Shown here one piece after another: positions 55,101-64,000 of a stretch of 64,000 nt of DNA. Origin of the DNA: Botryllus schlosseri (Eukaryota). Where the stretch lies: contig CM119384.1 of assembly GCA_051294905.1 (NCBI GenBank), positions 11,098,001 through 11,162,000 on the forward strand, read 5' to 3'. The translations under genes and the position numbers were made by a program. Within the stretch, counting starts at the first letter, position 1. Each line of letters starts with the position of its first letter. Below the pieces are notes generated by a model. The model did not search any database and was not told the origin of the DNA. It saw nothing but the letters and a program-made list of their open reading frames with translations.

Positions 55101-58100
55101 ATCGTGCGTAGTGATGTCACAATTGTGTACCAGGCGTCCATTTCTCTCGAGGGTGCGCAAACTCGAGTGTGCTGAGTGCTAAGATTTCGCGTCGGGTATT
55201 AGGCGTTGCATCAAGAGCCACATATTGTGACGTCATATCAGTACAGAGGACTTGAACTGTACAAACACGCAACTTTATATGCAACCATACATGAAATAAG
55301 GCCACTTACATTACATTGAAGATAATTTGGTATTTTCGAACGCATGTGTTTCATAACGCTTTCATGACTGCGGGACAAACACTATTCCACAAAAATAGTT
55401 AATATAATAACAATAATTTAATTATTATAATGTAATAATTTAGGGAGCGCCGATATCATCCCCCACACTACGTCACTGTAAACAAGGACAATATAATATA
55501 AAATGTATATTGTATAATGATGTGTATAACAGATGGAGTGCATAGCTGTGAAGAAAGAATGGGTGGCTTCACGCCTTCCACGGCAAAAGAAAGTATCTAT
55601 TCTAAACTATAATTGTCACAGATATGATAGCTCACAAAGGCAAGTGGCGTATATTTTGGTTCTCGACTCGAATCGAATCGATACAATTCATATCTGATTC
55701 GGATTCATGTACTCTCGAGTAGCTTGACTTGTTCGATCAGGCTCACAGCTTACTGAGATTAGGTTTACCACCAACCTTAATCTTGGGTCATGATTATGAC
55801 ACCTGCATGTGTTCTGTAAATTTGCCGTGGTTGTCAACCACAAAATCATTTGCCGGCTCACAAGTTCCGAGACGCTCCGAAGTTAACATTCCAGTAAACC
55901 CTAACGATGTGAGACGAATCGAGCTATCTAATGCGGTATGAAAAACGGGGACGGAAACAGAGTTTTATTTTTAGCTTCACACCTTATTATTTATCCTAAT
56001 CTTCCAGCGTTCGAAGATTACCGGCAGGGTTTCGGCGACGTGTACGGCGAGTATTGGTTGGGTCTGGACGGCATCAAGACGATTACGCGGAAGGTTCGCA
56101 CCAACGTGGCCTTGCGGATTATCCTGGAAGATTGGAACGGGGATACCAGAACCGTTACCTATTCGCGATTCTATCTGTACGGGAAGGGATACAGCATATC
56201 GGTTAGTGAAATTGTCATGACAGCCAGGCGAAAGAAACCCTGAATCAGAACAATTGACTGTGTTTTCAAAAACCACTCTCGTTTGTCTTGCCGTTTCTCA
56301 TTTTGTGTTAATCGCGAAGATGTACCTGTAATCTCGAAAGTGACCCCCTCCGATTAACTGCTAATGACAGGAAGCAAATCGAATAAATCTACTTTTGAAA
56401 ACGCTTTCTATTGCATTTTCTACTTCTAGGTGAGGTAGTCTTAAAAGCTGCTACAAATATTTGTAATACAGTTATAATTCAGGGCGTTATTTCAATCCTA
56501 ATCGAGTAACAACGCTAAGAACTTTGACCATTTATCTCTGTTGTATCTCGTACGACCATATTAACGAATGTCAACGTCTTGCGACCAATCCCCAAGTTCA
56601 ATCATTGAAAGCGGTTATTACTCCTCACTATAGCACTGCAAAGTAGCCAGGTAACGCCGAGCACGAGCATGGAGATTGCGGTTGCATCCAAATCCCTGTT
56701 GTTAAACCTGTCGGATAGTTTGTAAATCTGACCCTTTTCGCTGAACTTACAGATCAGCGGCTACGACGGGGACGCGGGCGATTCCCTGTCGAGTGCGAAC
56801 GGCCTGCCGTTTTCAGCCAAACTCAACGACGACGACTACGGCAACGCGTGTAACAGCAGGCGACACGCAGGTGAGAAAAAGTAACGCGGGCGTAGTCAAT
56901 CAATATGGTTACCGCCTTAGCGAGGCTATTACTTTAATCCGCTCAAGACACGCTACGTTGCACCTGTTTGTCGTGTCAAAACTGTGACCTAAAAAAGAAG
57001 ATTTTGCTCTAAAAAATGAGAATTTGGACCAGTTTTTATTTAAAAAACTAAATTTTGACAAACTTTGGCCCTCTTGGTATTTAAATTAGGCATCGTTGGA
57101 TATACTGTTAGAATTATAGTACTTTTTCTACATTTCTGGTTTCCACGACCGTCCTTACGAAGTAACATGTCAAGAATAGAGCAAAAACGTTCAAAAGCAG
57201 CAGTTGTTTGATGGTGGAATCGAAGTTCAGTGTATTCTGCTGGAGTGCTAGTAAAACGCACCCGTTCCTTCAATCGACAATGTTGCTTACATTGCACATT
57301 TTAGACCTCAATACAAACCCGAGTTTTGTTGACATCTCGCGTACCACCCAGACGTTGAGAACCGCTGTGCTGTAAGAACCAATGTCCACCACGCAGTCAA
57401 GTTTCATATTCAGATTTGAGATATCGGCGTGAGCTTGTATAAACTTCGGACCTACTAAAATTTCACCCGTTTTTCGGTGTGTTGATCATCACGCCATGTC
57501 AACTTATTTGTTTCATTCGGTGGTTTATGAATCACAATGAGTAGACAATGGGCCATCTAGTACAGTAGGCCTATAAAGGGTCCGTGGACAGTTGGCATCC
57601 GACACTTCAACATGCGACACATGGGCATGTGGGTTAAATGACGGGTTAGGGGGGGGGGGGTTTAGGTTGGATTTAGGGCTGGGTTATAGGGTAAGGCTTG
57701 AGGTTAGGATATATATAAGGGTAAATTTCGGGAGTATGTTCCGGGTTAGGGTTAGTTTTTGGGTTATAAAGTCACATGCTGAAGTGTCCCATGCGCAACT
57801 GTCGTTTTCCATTCTGTCGCATGCTCATTGCTCATATGTCGGGCAACCCCTATAAAGTAGGTTACATGATTGTCTAATGTCAAATGATAAGTTTAAGCAC
57901 TTCAAAGTAGTTTTAATATTTCTCTTATTTCCATTTGTAATGGAGTTGGGAAATGTACAGCGTTACTTGTACTTCCTATACTGTAGGCTGGGCACCATGA
58001 CTCGCGTACTCGAATGTGAATCTACTAACAGTGGACAACTGTGAGATAAATTTTTCGAGTAGGCCTACTGAAATCCTACGCTCCGTGCCATCTAATGGGT

Positions 58101-58673
58101 AATTTATCAACATGAGCTATTGTTTCGATACTGTGTTCCACTGTGAAAGCATAGAGACTAGAATGGTTGGAATACGAAACGTGCTGTTTAAAGCTACTCA
58201 AGTTAATAGAAATGATATTTCTGTGAAGTCGTGGAGCCTTACGTAGTGCCAACGCCAACTACTTTGGCCACGTCCAGCAATCCGTTTTAATATTCGCAGG
58301 CTGGTGGTTTTCCTCGCCCGCCAACGACTGCGGCGCCTGCAACCTGAACGGCGAGTACAACCGCTTCTCCGACATCAAGTCCCCCGGAACGTCGGCCATC
58401 TACTGGAAGAGCTGGCACGGCAGCGGCTACCCGCTCAAAGGCGTATCAATGCAGATCATACCCACCGAAGTCCTGGACGACCTCAACCAACTGACAAGCA
58501 CGACTTCGCAGTACGACGGTACGCTGGACGAGATAGGACCGGGTCTAGACGGAGACGGGCCTGTTCGTTTAGCCGCCGGGGAATCATACCGTGACGCTTC
58601 GGACAGCGAAGCGCCTTATTCTGATCTGGATTACGACGGGGACTATAACGGGTTTTATATGAGCGACGGTTGA
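25143..58673 (+). CDS. Secreted fibrinogen-related (FReD) / angiopoietin-like protein with mucin-like N-terminus, long coiled coil and acidic tail, ~1110 aa
   Basis: Exons 25143-26092, 31676-31801, 35092-35235, 36578-36701, 39124-39294, 41816-41970, 43676-43856, 44230-44352, 45776-45937, 48174-48395, 49404-49536, 51178-51333, 56008-56201, 56753-56870, 58300-58673. All are GT-AG with consistent phases, total 3333 nt. Signal peptide ...HLLLWIYIVSVCAS. FReD hallmarks: RDCHDV, GGWTVIQKRRDGSQDF, YRQGFGDVYGEYWLGL, ISGYDGDAGDSL, GWWF...CNLNG, IYWKSW. A possible extra 50-nt exon lies at 46812-46861. Confidence 0.9.
27765..28220 (+). mobile_element. hAT-type MITE (family E, copy 1)
   Basis: Perfect 13-bp TIR TAGGCTTACCATA; perfect TSD ATCTTACT; internal TGTCCTCTTTTT and GACC(T)nAGTCA repeats. 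Confidence 0.92.
32628..33039 (-). mobile_element. hAT-type MITE (TACTTCTACT family, copy 1)
   Basis: The right end is the reverse complement of CAGAGGTCGTCAGTAACGAAGTAC, which matches the left end of 37940-38210; perfect TSD ATAAATTC. Confidence 0.85.
37940..38210 (+). mobile_element. hAT-type MITE (TACTTCTACT family, copy 2)
   Basis: TIR CAGAGGTGGTCA / TGACCACCTCCG; perfect TSD GTAATAGG; internal TACTTCTACT/CTTGAGTA repeats. Confidence 0.9.
42190..42608 (-). mobile_element. MITE with GGG..CCC ends (copy 2, inverted relative to 14325-14715)
   Basis: Ends GGGTTGCATTTAAAACAA / TTTTAAATACAACCC; shares reverse-complemented blocks such as AGCCTACGGACAATTACCAC and GAATATTCGTGACGTCATGGC with copy 1. 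Confidence 0.8.
43214..43450 (+). repeat. Local direct duplication (~70-bp unit, ~167 bp apart)
   Basis: GAAACGGGGACTCCGTCATGATT...CCATTATGTCT...CAGCGTATTGAACTG at 43214 recurs with mismatches from 43381. Confidence 0.7.
46019..46504. mobile_element. hAT-type MITE
   Basis: TIR TAGGGCAAATTTT / AAAACTTGCCCTA; perfect TSD GTTATGTG; internal AAAGTTGCA repeats and GGTTGACTAAAAAAA motifs. Confidence 0.9.
47039..47446 (-). mobile_element. hAT-type MITE (family E, copy 2)
   Basis: Ends TAGGGTACCATA / TATGGTAACCCTG; perfect TSD ATCAACAC; the reverse complement of the right end (CCATATGTCCTCTTTTAAGAGGATTT) matches the left end of 27765-28220. Confidence 0.88.
48649..49276 (-). mobile_element. Older hAT/Charlie-like MITE (family K, copy 1)
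   Basis: Right end GGTTGAGAACCACTG; shares TTCAAACATCAAATTT, GGCAGTATA and ATTTCAAAACA..TACTGGTGAAC blocks with 61216-61700; no clear TSD; left boundary approximate. Confidence 0.6.
52379..53075. mobile_element. Nested hAT/Charlie-like MITE
   Basis: TIR CAGGGCTGGCCAACC / GGTTGGCCGGCCCTG; perfect TSD GCCTAGAC; subterminal GCGGGCCAC motifs. Confidence 0.9.
53205..53928. mobile_element. Nested older hAT-type MITE
   Basis: Degenerate ends CAGGACTCTAACTGC / GCTGTTTCGGCCCTG; TSD CATATAAT vs CATATACT (7/8); internal GGGCCC motifs. Confidence 0.65.
57000..57367 (-). mobile_element. Degenerate hAT element fragment with transposase C-terminal-like remnant
   Basis: One terminus reads CAGCGGTTCTCAAC on the minus strand. 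ORF 57040-57297 contains QTTAAFERFCSILDMLLRKDGR, resembling hAT C-terminal TSAxVERSFS-LxKLLxKDR. The other end was not located. Confidence 0.5.
57579..57848. mobile_element. Mutator-like MITE with internal telomere-like (TTAGGG-variant) repeats
   Basis: Perfect 9-bp TSD CCTATAAAG (57570-78, 57849-57); GG..CC ends; subterminal inverted GACAGTTG(C)GCAT..GACACTTCA.CATG; centre GGGTTAGGG/GGGTTAGGGTTAG variants. Confidence 0.8.
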
Positions 58674-61215
58674 TGGAGCTCTAATTCGATTCATCTTTTT
58701 CAAGCGAGCTGTACGCTCGATATATGCGGATTGCGTTCGGCCCGCGCGCGGACTTGAGATGCACGGACTGAAGCGAAAAATAGCAGTATTGGGAATGTTC
58801 TGGTTCCGGTTTGTTTTGTTACTATTTCGTCAATCTAAACGCCACAAGATTGCGATATGAAATGACAGGATGGTGTCGAAGCGACTTGCTACGGTCTTTC
58901 AATCACACACCGACCTTGGCTTAGGACAGTGGCCCCCAACACGGGCGATATTGCTCTATGATGGTGATTTCAACATACATTGATTGCGGGGGGAGGTATG
59001 TTAAAGCGTTCAGTAAATTACAGTTCATAAACTGTTTGGATTCTTGCAAAGTTCGGTTTATAATGAACGGCTTCTCAATTCTTGACTCATCCCAGCGGGA
59101 GAACACAAGGATGAAATCGAGAAAATTTGCGTCACGTTACACCAATTGTGCTCGTTAATGAATTCCATCGACTTTGTTGCAGCGCATCGTTGAATGTGTC
59201 CAAAGACTGCGTTTCGCTTTGAATATTGAGTATTCAAAAATTACCGTTTCGGCATTGAGAAATGGTGGACGTAGAAGTAGTAAAAAGCAAAACTACTCAA
59301 GTTTAACAAGTATATAGAGTACTACGGAAAAGTAGATGTAATTCGTTACTGATGACACCTAATTTTTGGAGAGAATAAAGATATATCGAGCTCGATAGTG
59401 CGTGACGAATCAAAAAGTGTGGGAACCACTGGCCCAGAACATATTTATAAGAGGCATGTACAATTATACACTGAATATAAATACAAATATAACTACACAG
59501 AAAGTAATAGAAGATAACATAGAAAATAGTAGGGATGAGAATGAAATGGCATGTGACGGTAGGCGAAGTCGATATGTCGGATATGGTCCGGTAATCTCGT
59601 GAGCTAACTAGTATAAGGGGCATGTCTATCGCTGGCGATAAGAACACTTGCGTTTATCATTACACACTTTGACCGGAGATGGAAACGGGGCGACTTGATA
59701 GCACGGTCCTCTAATTGAAATGCGAGTCTCTCTTTTGACCCCGAAACTCAACCAACAAAGGCGCGCCGACTTCCATATCTGAGTCGCATACACTTTGAAC
59801 ATTTCTTCCGATAAGTCTAATGATTATTAGAGCAATCATCCTATTTTGCTTTGGCCTAATTTAAGTAATGCCGTTATTTGCATGGATATTATTCTTTACC
59901 ATCTGTATTATATATTTCCTTGTCAACATCTTTTTTATAAACAAATATACATCTATTCGCCTGACAACGCTGGGTGGTTTTGTGCGATAAGCGGCTGATA
60001 AATGACGAAGTTGTACTGTACACTTGAACAGACGCGCGTGTATTTATATCAACAAAACACGCAACGCCATGTTCCCGTTCCTAATGCAAAGGCAAGAGTC
60101 AGTAAATCAGTGCGTCTCGAGTAGAAGGTATTCCTGAGCAGAAAAAGGAAAAGGAGGGATATAGTATGTAACTGTATTGTCTGTATACGTTTTGTAAGTT
60201 ATATCCGTATCTGTCACTGTTTGCTTTAAAGATTGATATGTGGTTTCCTGTCAAACTCGAGAAGATGGATTGAAGTCAGTCATTCGAGTCGAATGCACTA
60301 CTTTTAAGGACATAACTTCCAAGTTTCCGACTTTTTCGTTCCTTTGATGGTGATAATGTAATTATAATTATCCCGGTCGCACCCTGACAAATAGATTACA
60401 CAGCTGCAAGAATTTCACAAAAAAAACCTGCGTCGGTATATAGTAGCGCTGTGTAGTGTGATAAGGACGCTTGTGGTTGGCAAATTGACTTACCTAACTT
60501 AATATTGAGATCATTTGCTATTCTGGGATTCGATTTTATGCCTGCGAAATTCTTCTACAATAACGCACGACCGTATCTCAGACTGTAGTTGCTCGAAAAT
60601 TAAATTCACGCCGACATTCAGAAGTATTTATAGACTTGTCGCGACTATATAGCCGGTGATCCACATTCATTAACCTACCAAGCGAGCCTCATGGAAGGTT
60701 TCCGCTGTCTACATCTCGGGTTAATTTTTAGGAAAACGATATTTAGTCACCTATATAATACCATGTTAGTCAACGGAGGCATTTACACTACATCCATGGT
60801 GCTAACTCGGCTGCAAAATCGCGCGTTATTTATTTCGAGGGGATTGGTGGCGCAGAAAAGGTGAAACAGGTCTGGCATCTCAGAAACTTCGAAGCTATAC
60901 TGAAGTATTTGAACAATATAAACTGATCTGAACTGAGGCGATGCCGCTATTCCAGAATGTTCGATAGACGTCTCGTACAGTGTATGTGGCATCGTCATAT
61001 TCCATTACAGTTGAGAATATTCGACTGCTTTAGATAATGGAACCATGCTCAGTAAGAATAGGGAATTTTCTAAGGCGAAAAGTGGTGCTAGCAGAAGCCG
61101 TCCTCTTAGATAGATTTAGGGGTGACGTAATGTGCATGCGTACAATACCAATACTTCGTCAGGGTTGCGAATTTGACTACGACTAATCTAGAAAGGTATT
61201 GCACATTCTGTTGAT

Positions 61216-61700
61216 CAGCAGTTCTCAACCACCGGTCCGCCACATATTTGATTTTTACATCTCAAATTGAAAATTAAAGAACATGAAGTCTCTTTCATTT
61301 ATTCAGAGGGACTTCAAACATCAAATTTGGAACTGATGATAGAAATTTAGACTGTAGTTTTCTGGAATTGTTGTGCCAAGCTGTATAAGAGCAGCGTATA
61401 ACTCGTTGAAGACCAGTGATATTAGAAACCCAAGAAAACTCTCAAACACAGTTTAACCAAATCGGACGGCACCTTTCGGCGGCAGTATAATAAAGTCTTG
61501 CACACAGCACAGTCGCATTTCTTTCAGAAGAAACTTGGTCAAAACGTCAATACGCGTAGCAGGTGTTCTCATTAAATTAAAGTTGCATACTTTTGTCGTG
61601 ATTATGCATTCTTGATTTTAGACAGTTCACCAGTAAGCCAACCATGTTTTGAAATTTGACCAGTCCGCAAACTAAATAGGATGATAAGTGACAACCATTG
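61216..61700 (+). mobile_element. Older hAT/Charlie-like MITE (family K, copy 2)
   Basis: Ends CAGCAGTTCTCAACC / GTGACAACCATTG; TSD CTGTTGAT vs CTGTAGAT (7/8). Confidence 0.7.
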
Positions 61701-62227
61701 CTGTAGATCACGACGCGCCGCCGTTTATTTCTACCTCATGAGACTAATTTCCTGTCAGAATGACACCGCTTTGAAAAGAAATATTTTGGAAAGGCAATAA
61801 AATCAGAGAAGAGTAGGCCTATTGCCTACACAACAGACACTGGTCACTGGCCACTTGGCCAGTTATGCTTCTTATATCAACACTCAACAGTCTGCTAGTT
61901 TGCGGCGATATAAATCCAGATTTTGTGGCGCTTTCTATATCGTAATCATGGTATTACCATACGGGAAAGGTTTTATATTTTTGCACTGCAAGGTCTCAGC
62001 ACCATCGGAATGAAAACTTCTCGAGGTATAAGCTACGCCGTTCTAACATGTTTTGGTACTGGGTATCAATAAAATATACAAAAAAGTCAAATACACGTAG
62101 GCTATGGAATCAAAATGTTGCTACATTCAGACGAATTCATTTTCAGCAAATAGCTAACAGTACATGTATTTCTACAGCTCTAATGCCAAGGAATATAGAC
62201 TGACAGAGTCAGAGAGCTCTAATCATC

Positions 62228-63609
62228 ATGAACCGTACTCGGATTAAGCTGATCAGCATTATCGTTGGCTTAGAAATGATGGCAAATGGCCAAGAATTGC
62301 CCACGCAGGAATGCCGACATTCGCTTACAGGAGAAACGGGGAGCTTTACCAGCACGAACTTCCAAAGCGGTGCCTATCCACCGAATCACCATTGCTCGTG
62401 GAAGATATCAGTACAGCCGGGAAGAATAGTGAGACTCGTATTCAGGTAAGCTGAAGTATATCGCATTACTAGCTACACTGACAGGGTCGCTGCAGTAGTA
62501 GCGCCCCATCGCGAGCTCAAACATATCCCATGGTAAAATTCCCTCTGTAATGTTGATTTTGAATGTTCTTCACAACTGGCAGTTTACCGATAACATAATA
62601 ACGAAAAGTACTTGTCGGATCCATGTCTTTATAATTTCACCATATCGTTTCAGAATAGGCTGTTATGATTGGTTTACAGTTTTGAATTGTAATGTGTATA
62701 CATAACGATAATGACCATTGACCAGCGTTTGGTTCGATAGCATCTCAAAGAAAAATCATCATTCCCGTGTGTAGTTTAGAGAGATGGGGACCATACGGTT
62801 TCTTACCGATATGTACATACTTATCATTTGATGATTTCGTTTGGATCTCGAAGGAATCAGATGTCATATTTTTAAGACGATTCCCATCTCTCACACCTGA
62901 ATATATCTATGCATGTATGCATTATCAAATGAATATCATAAAGGCTTCATTCTTCAGTATTTTCAACAACTATGATATGCCTACTTGTCATGTATGGCAA
63001 TCTGGCATGTTCCATATTGGTACCAAGATAACCAGTTTTCGGCAATCGTACGCGTCAGAGTCAACTATGATTTTTTAAGTCGAACGGGGCCCAGAAAATC
63101 AGAATTCCGGTGTAAAGCACTCGTAACTTTTAGCCATATCTGTTCCCACGGCAATTGAAGATTTATGATTAAGAAATAATGCTCGAAATATCTGAATAGC
63201 ATTCCGAATGCGATTACGCCCATCTTCAAAATTGCTGCGAAGGGTTTCCTTCCGCACGCACGTTTGTATAAGGAATGCATCACAATGCTCTTCACATAGT
63301 TTATTATCAATTCATTGGTATTTTGTACTCGAGTCAAATCTTAACAGGAATAATTTACCTCTCAGGTACTTCCAATTTGAAAGGGGCAGTCATTGCCAAA
63401 ACGACAAGGTGTCTGTGTACAATGGGCCTTCAGAGGATTACCCGTTGCTGGGAAAGTTCTGCGGGGCTTTCCGGCCCGGTGCCCTGGTGTCAACGTCGAA
63501 CCAAATCTATGTTACTATGGATACAGACTCGTCTACACAAAAACAAGGATTCTATGCGTATTACGAAGAGGAAAATTCATTCTTAGCAAGTACGGATTCT
63601 GATAATTGA
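62228..63609 (+). CDS. Secreted CUB-domain protein, PCOLCE-like CUB1 (153 aa if it stops here; may splice on at 63589)
   Basis: Exons 62228-62445 and 63366-63609 join in phase 2 (AG|G). CUB domain CRHSLTGETGSFTSTNF...YPPNHHCSWKISV...CQNDKVSVYNG...LLGKFCGAFRPGALVSTSNQIYVTMDTDSSTQKQGFYAYY with four canonical Cys. FCGAFRPGALVS resembles recalled PCOLCE2 CUB1 FCGTFRPGALVS. The signal peptide is weak (Glu in the core). Confidence 0.82.
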
Positions 63610-63686
63610 ATGCTCACTGCTCAGTGCTCATCCATCCATGTATAGTTTGTCATGATATTCAACGCTGAAACGATGTATGTATAGGC

Positions 63687-64000
63687 CAGTGGTTATCAGC
63701 TGTTTCAGCTTGAGGACTGGTAAAATTCCAAAACATATTTTGCAGACCGGCCAACTTTCAAAAATCAAAATCAACCAATAATGTATGATCCCCACAAAAG
63801 TATGCAACCCTAATTTAATGAGAATTGGTATTACACCTGTTACGCGCGGTGCTAATGGTGTTTCTGCAAGGCAAAGTCATGTTGAAACCACCAACTCGAT
63901 TCTGATTGTTGAATTTCTTCTGACTGTCAAATGTCGCACAAGTGTACTGTCGCATTTCGTCAGCTTTTGTTTAAAAGTCTTCTCAGCTTTCACATATCAC
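63687..64000 (-). mobile_element. hAT/Charlie-like MITE (family K, copy 3, runs off the window)
   Basis: Starts CAGTGGTTATCAGC; GGACTGGTAAAATTCCAAAACA matches the reverse complement of the 61216-61700 right end. Confidence 0.55.

Overview
This is AT-rich eukaryotic (animal) genomic DNA. The intron-rich genes have chordate-like homologues, and mosaic CpG depletion is visible, so it is plausibly an invertebrate chordate such as an ascidian (inferred, not proven). Four spliced protein-coding genes were reconstructed by hand with GT-AG sites and phase checks. (1) An ITPRID/SSFA2(KRAP)/TESPA1-family gene on the minus strand (~36-5786; 5' end unresolved, 3' end runs off the window). (2) A head-to-head 13-exon FBXO24-like F-box/RCC1-repeat gene (+, 8969-21140, ~679 aa). 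(3) A 15-exon, ~1110-aa secreted fibrinogen-related protein (+, 25143-58673) with signal peptide, Arg-rich and Thr-rich mucin region, Cys-free coiled-coil stalk, FReD and an acidic Tyr-rich tail. (4) The start of a CUB-domain, PCOLCE-like gene (+, from 62228). Introns are packed with non-autonomous DNA transposons: nine hAT-type elements with perfect 8-bp TSDs, several more with degenerate TSDs, a nested cluster, two decayed transposase remnants, a 9-bp-TSD Mutator-like MITE with telomere-like repeats, a TA-flanked MITE pair and a tRNA-derived SINE. No rRNA, bona fide tRNA or CRISPR was seen. Homology statements come from recalled family motifs, not database searches.
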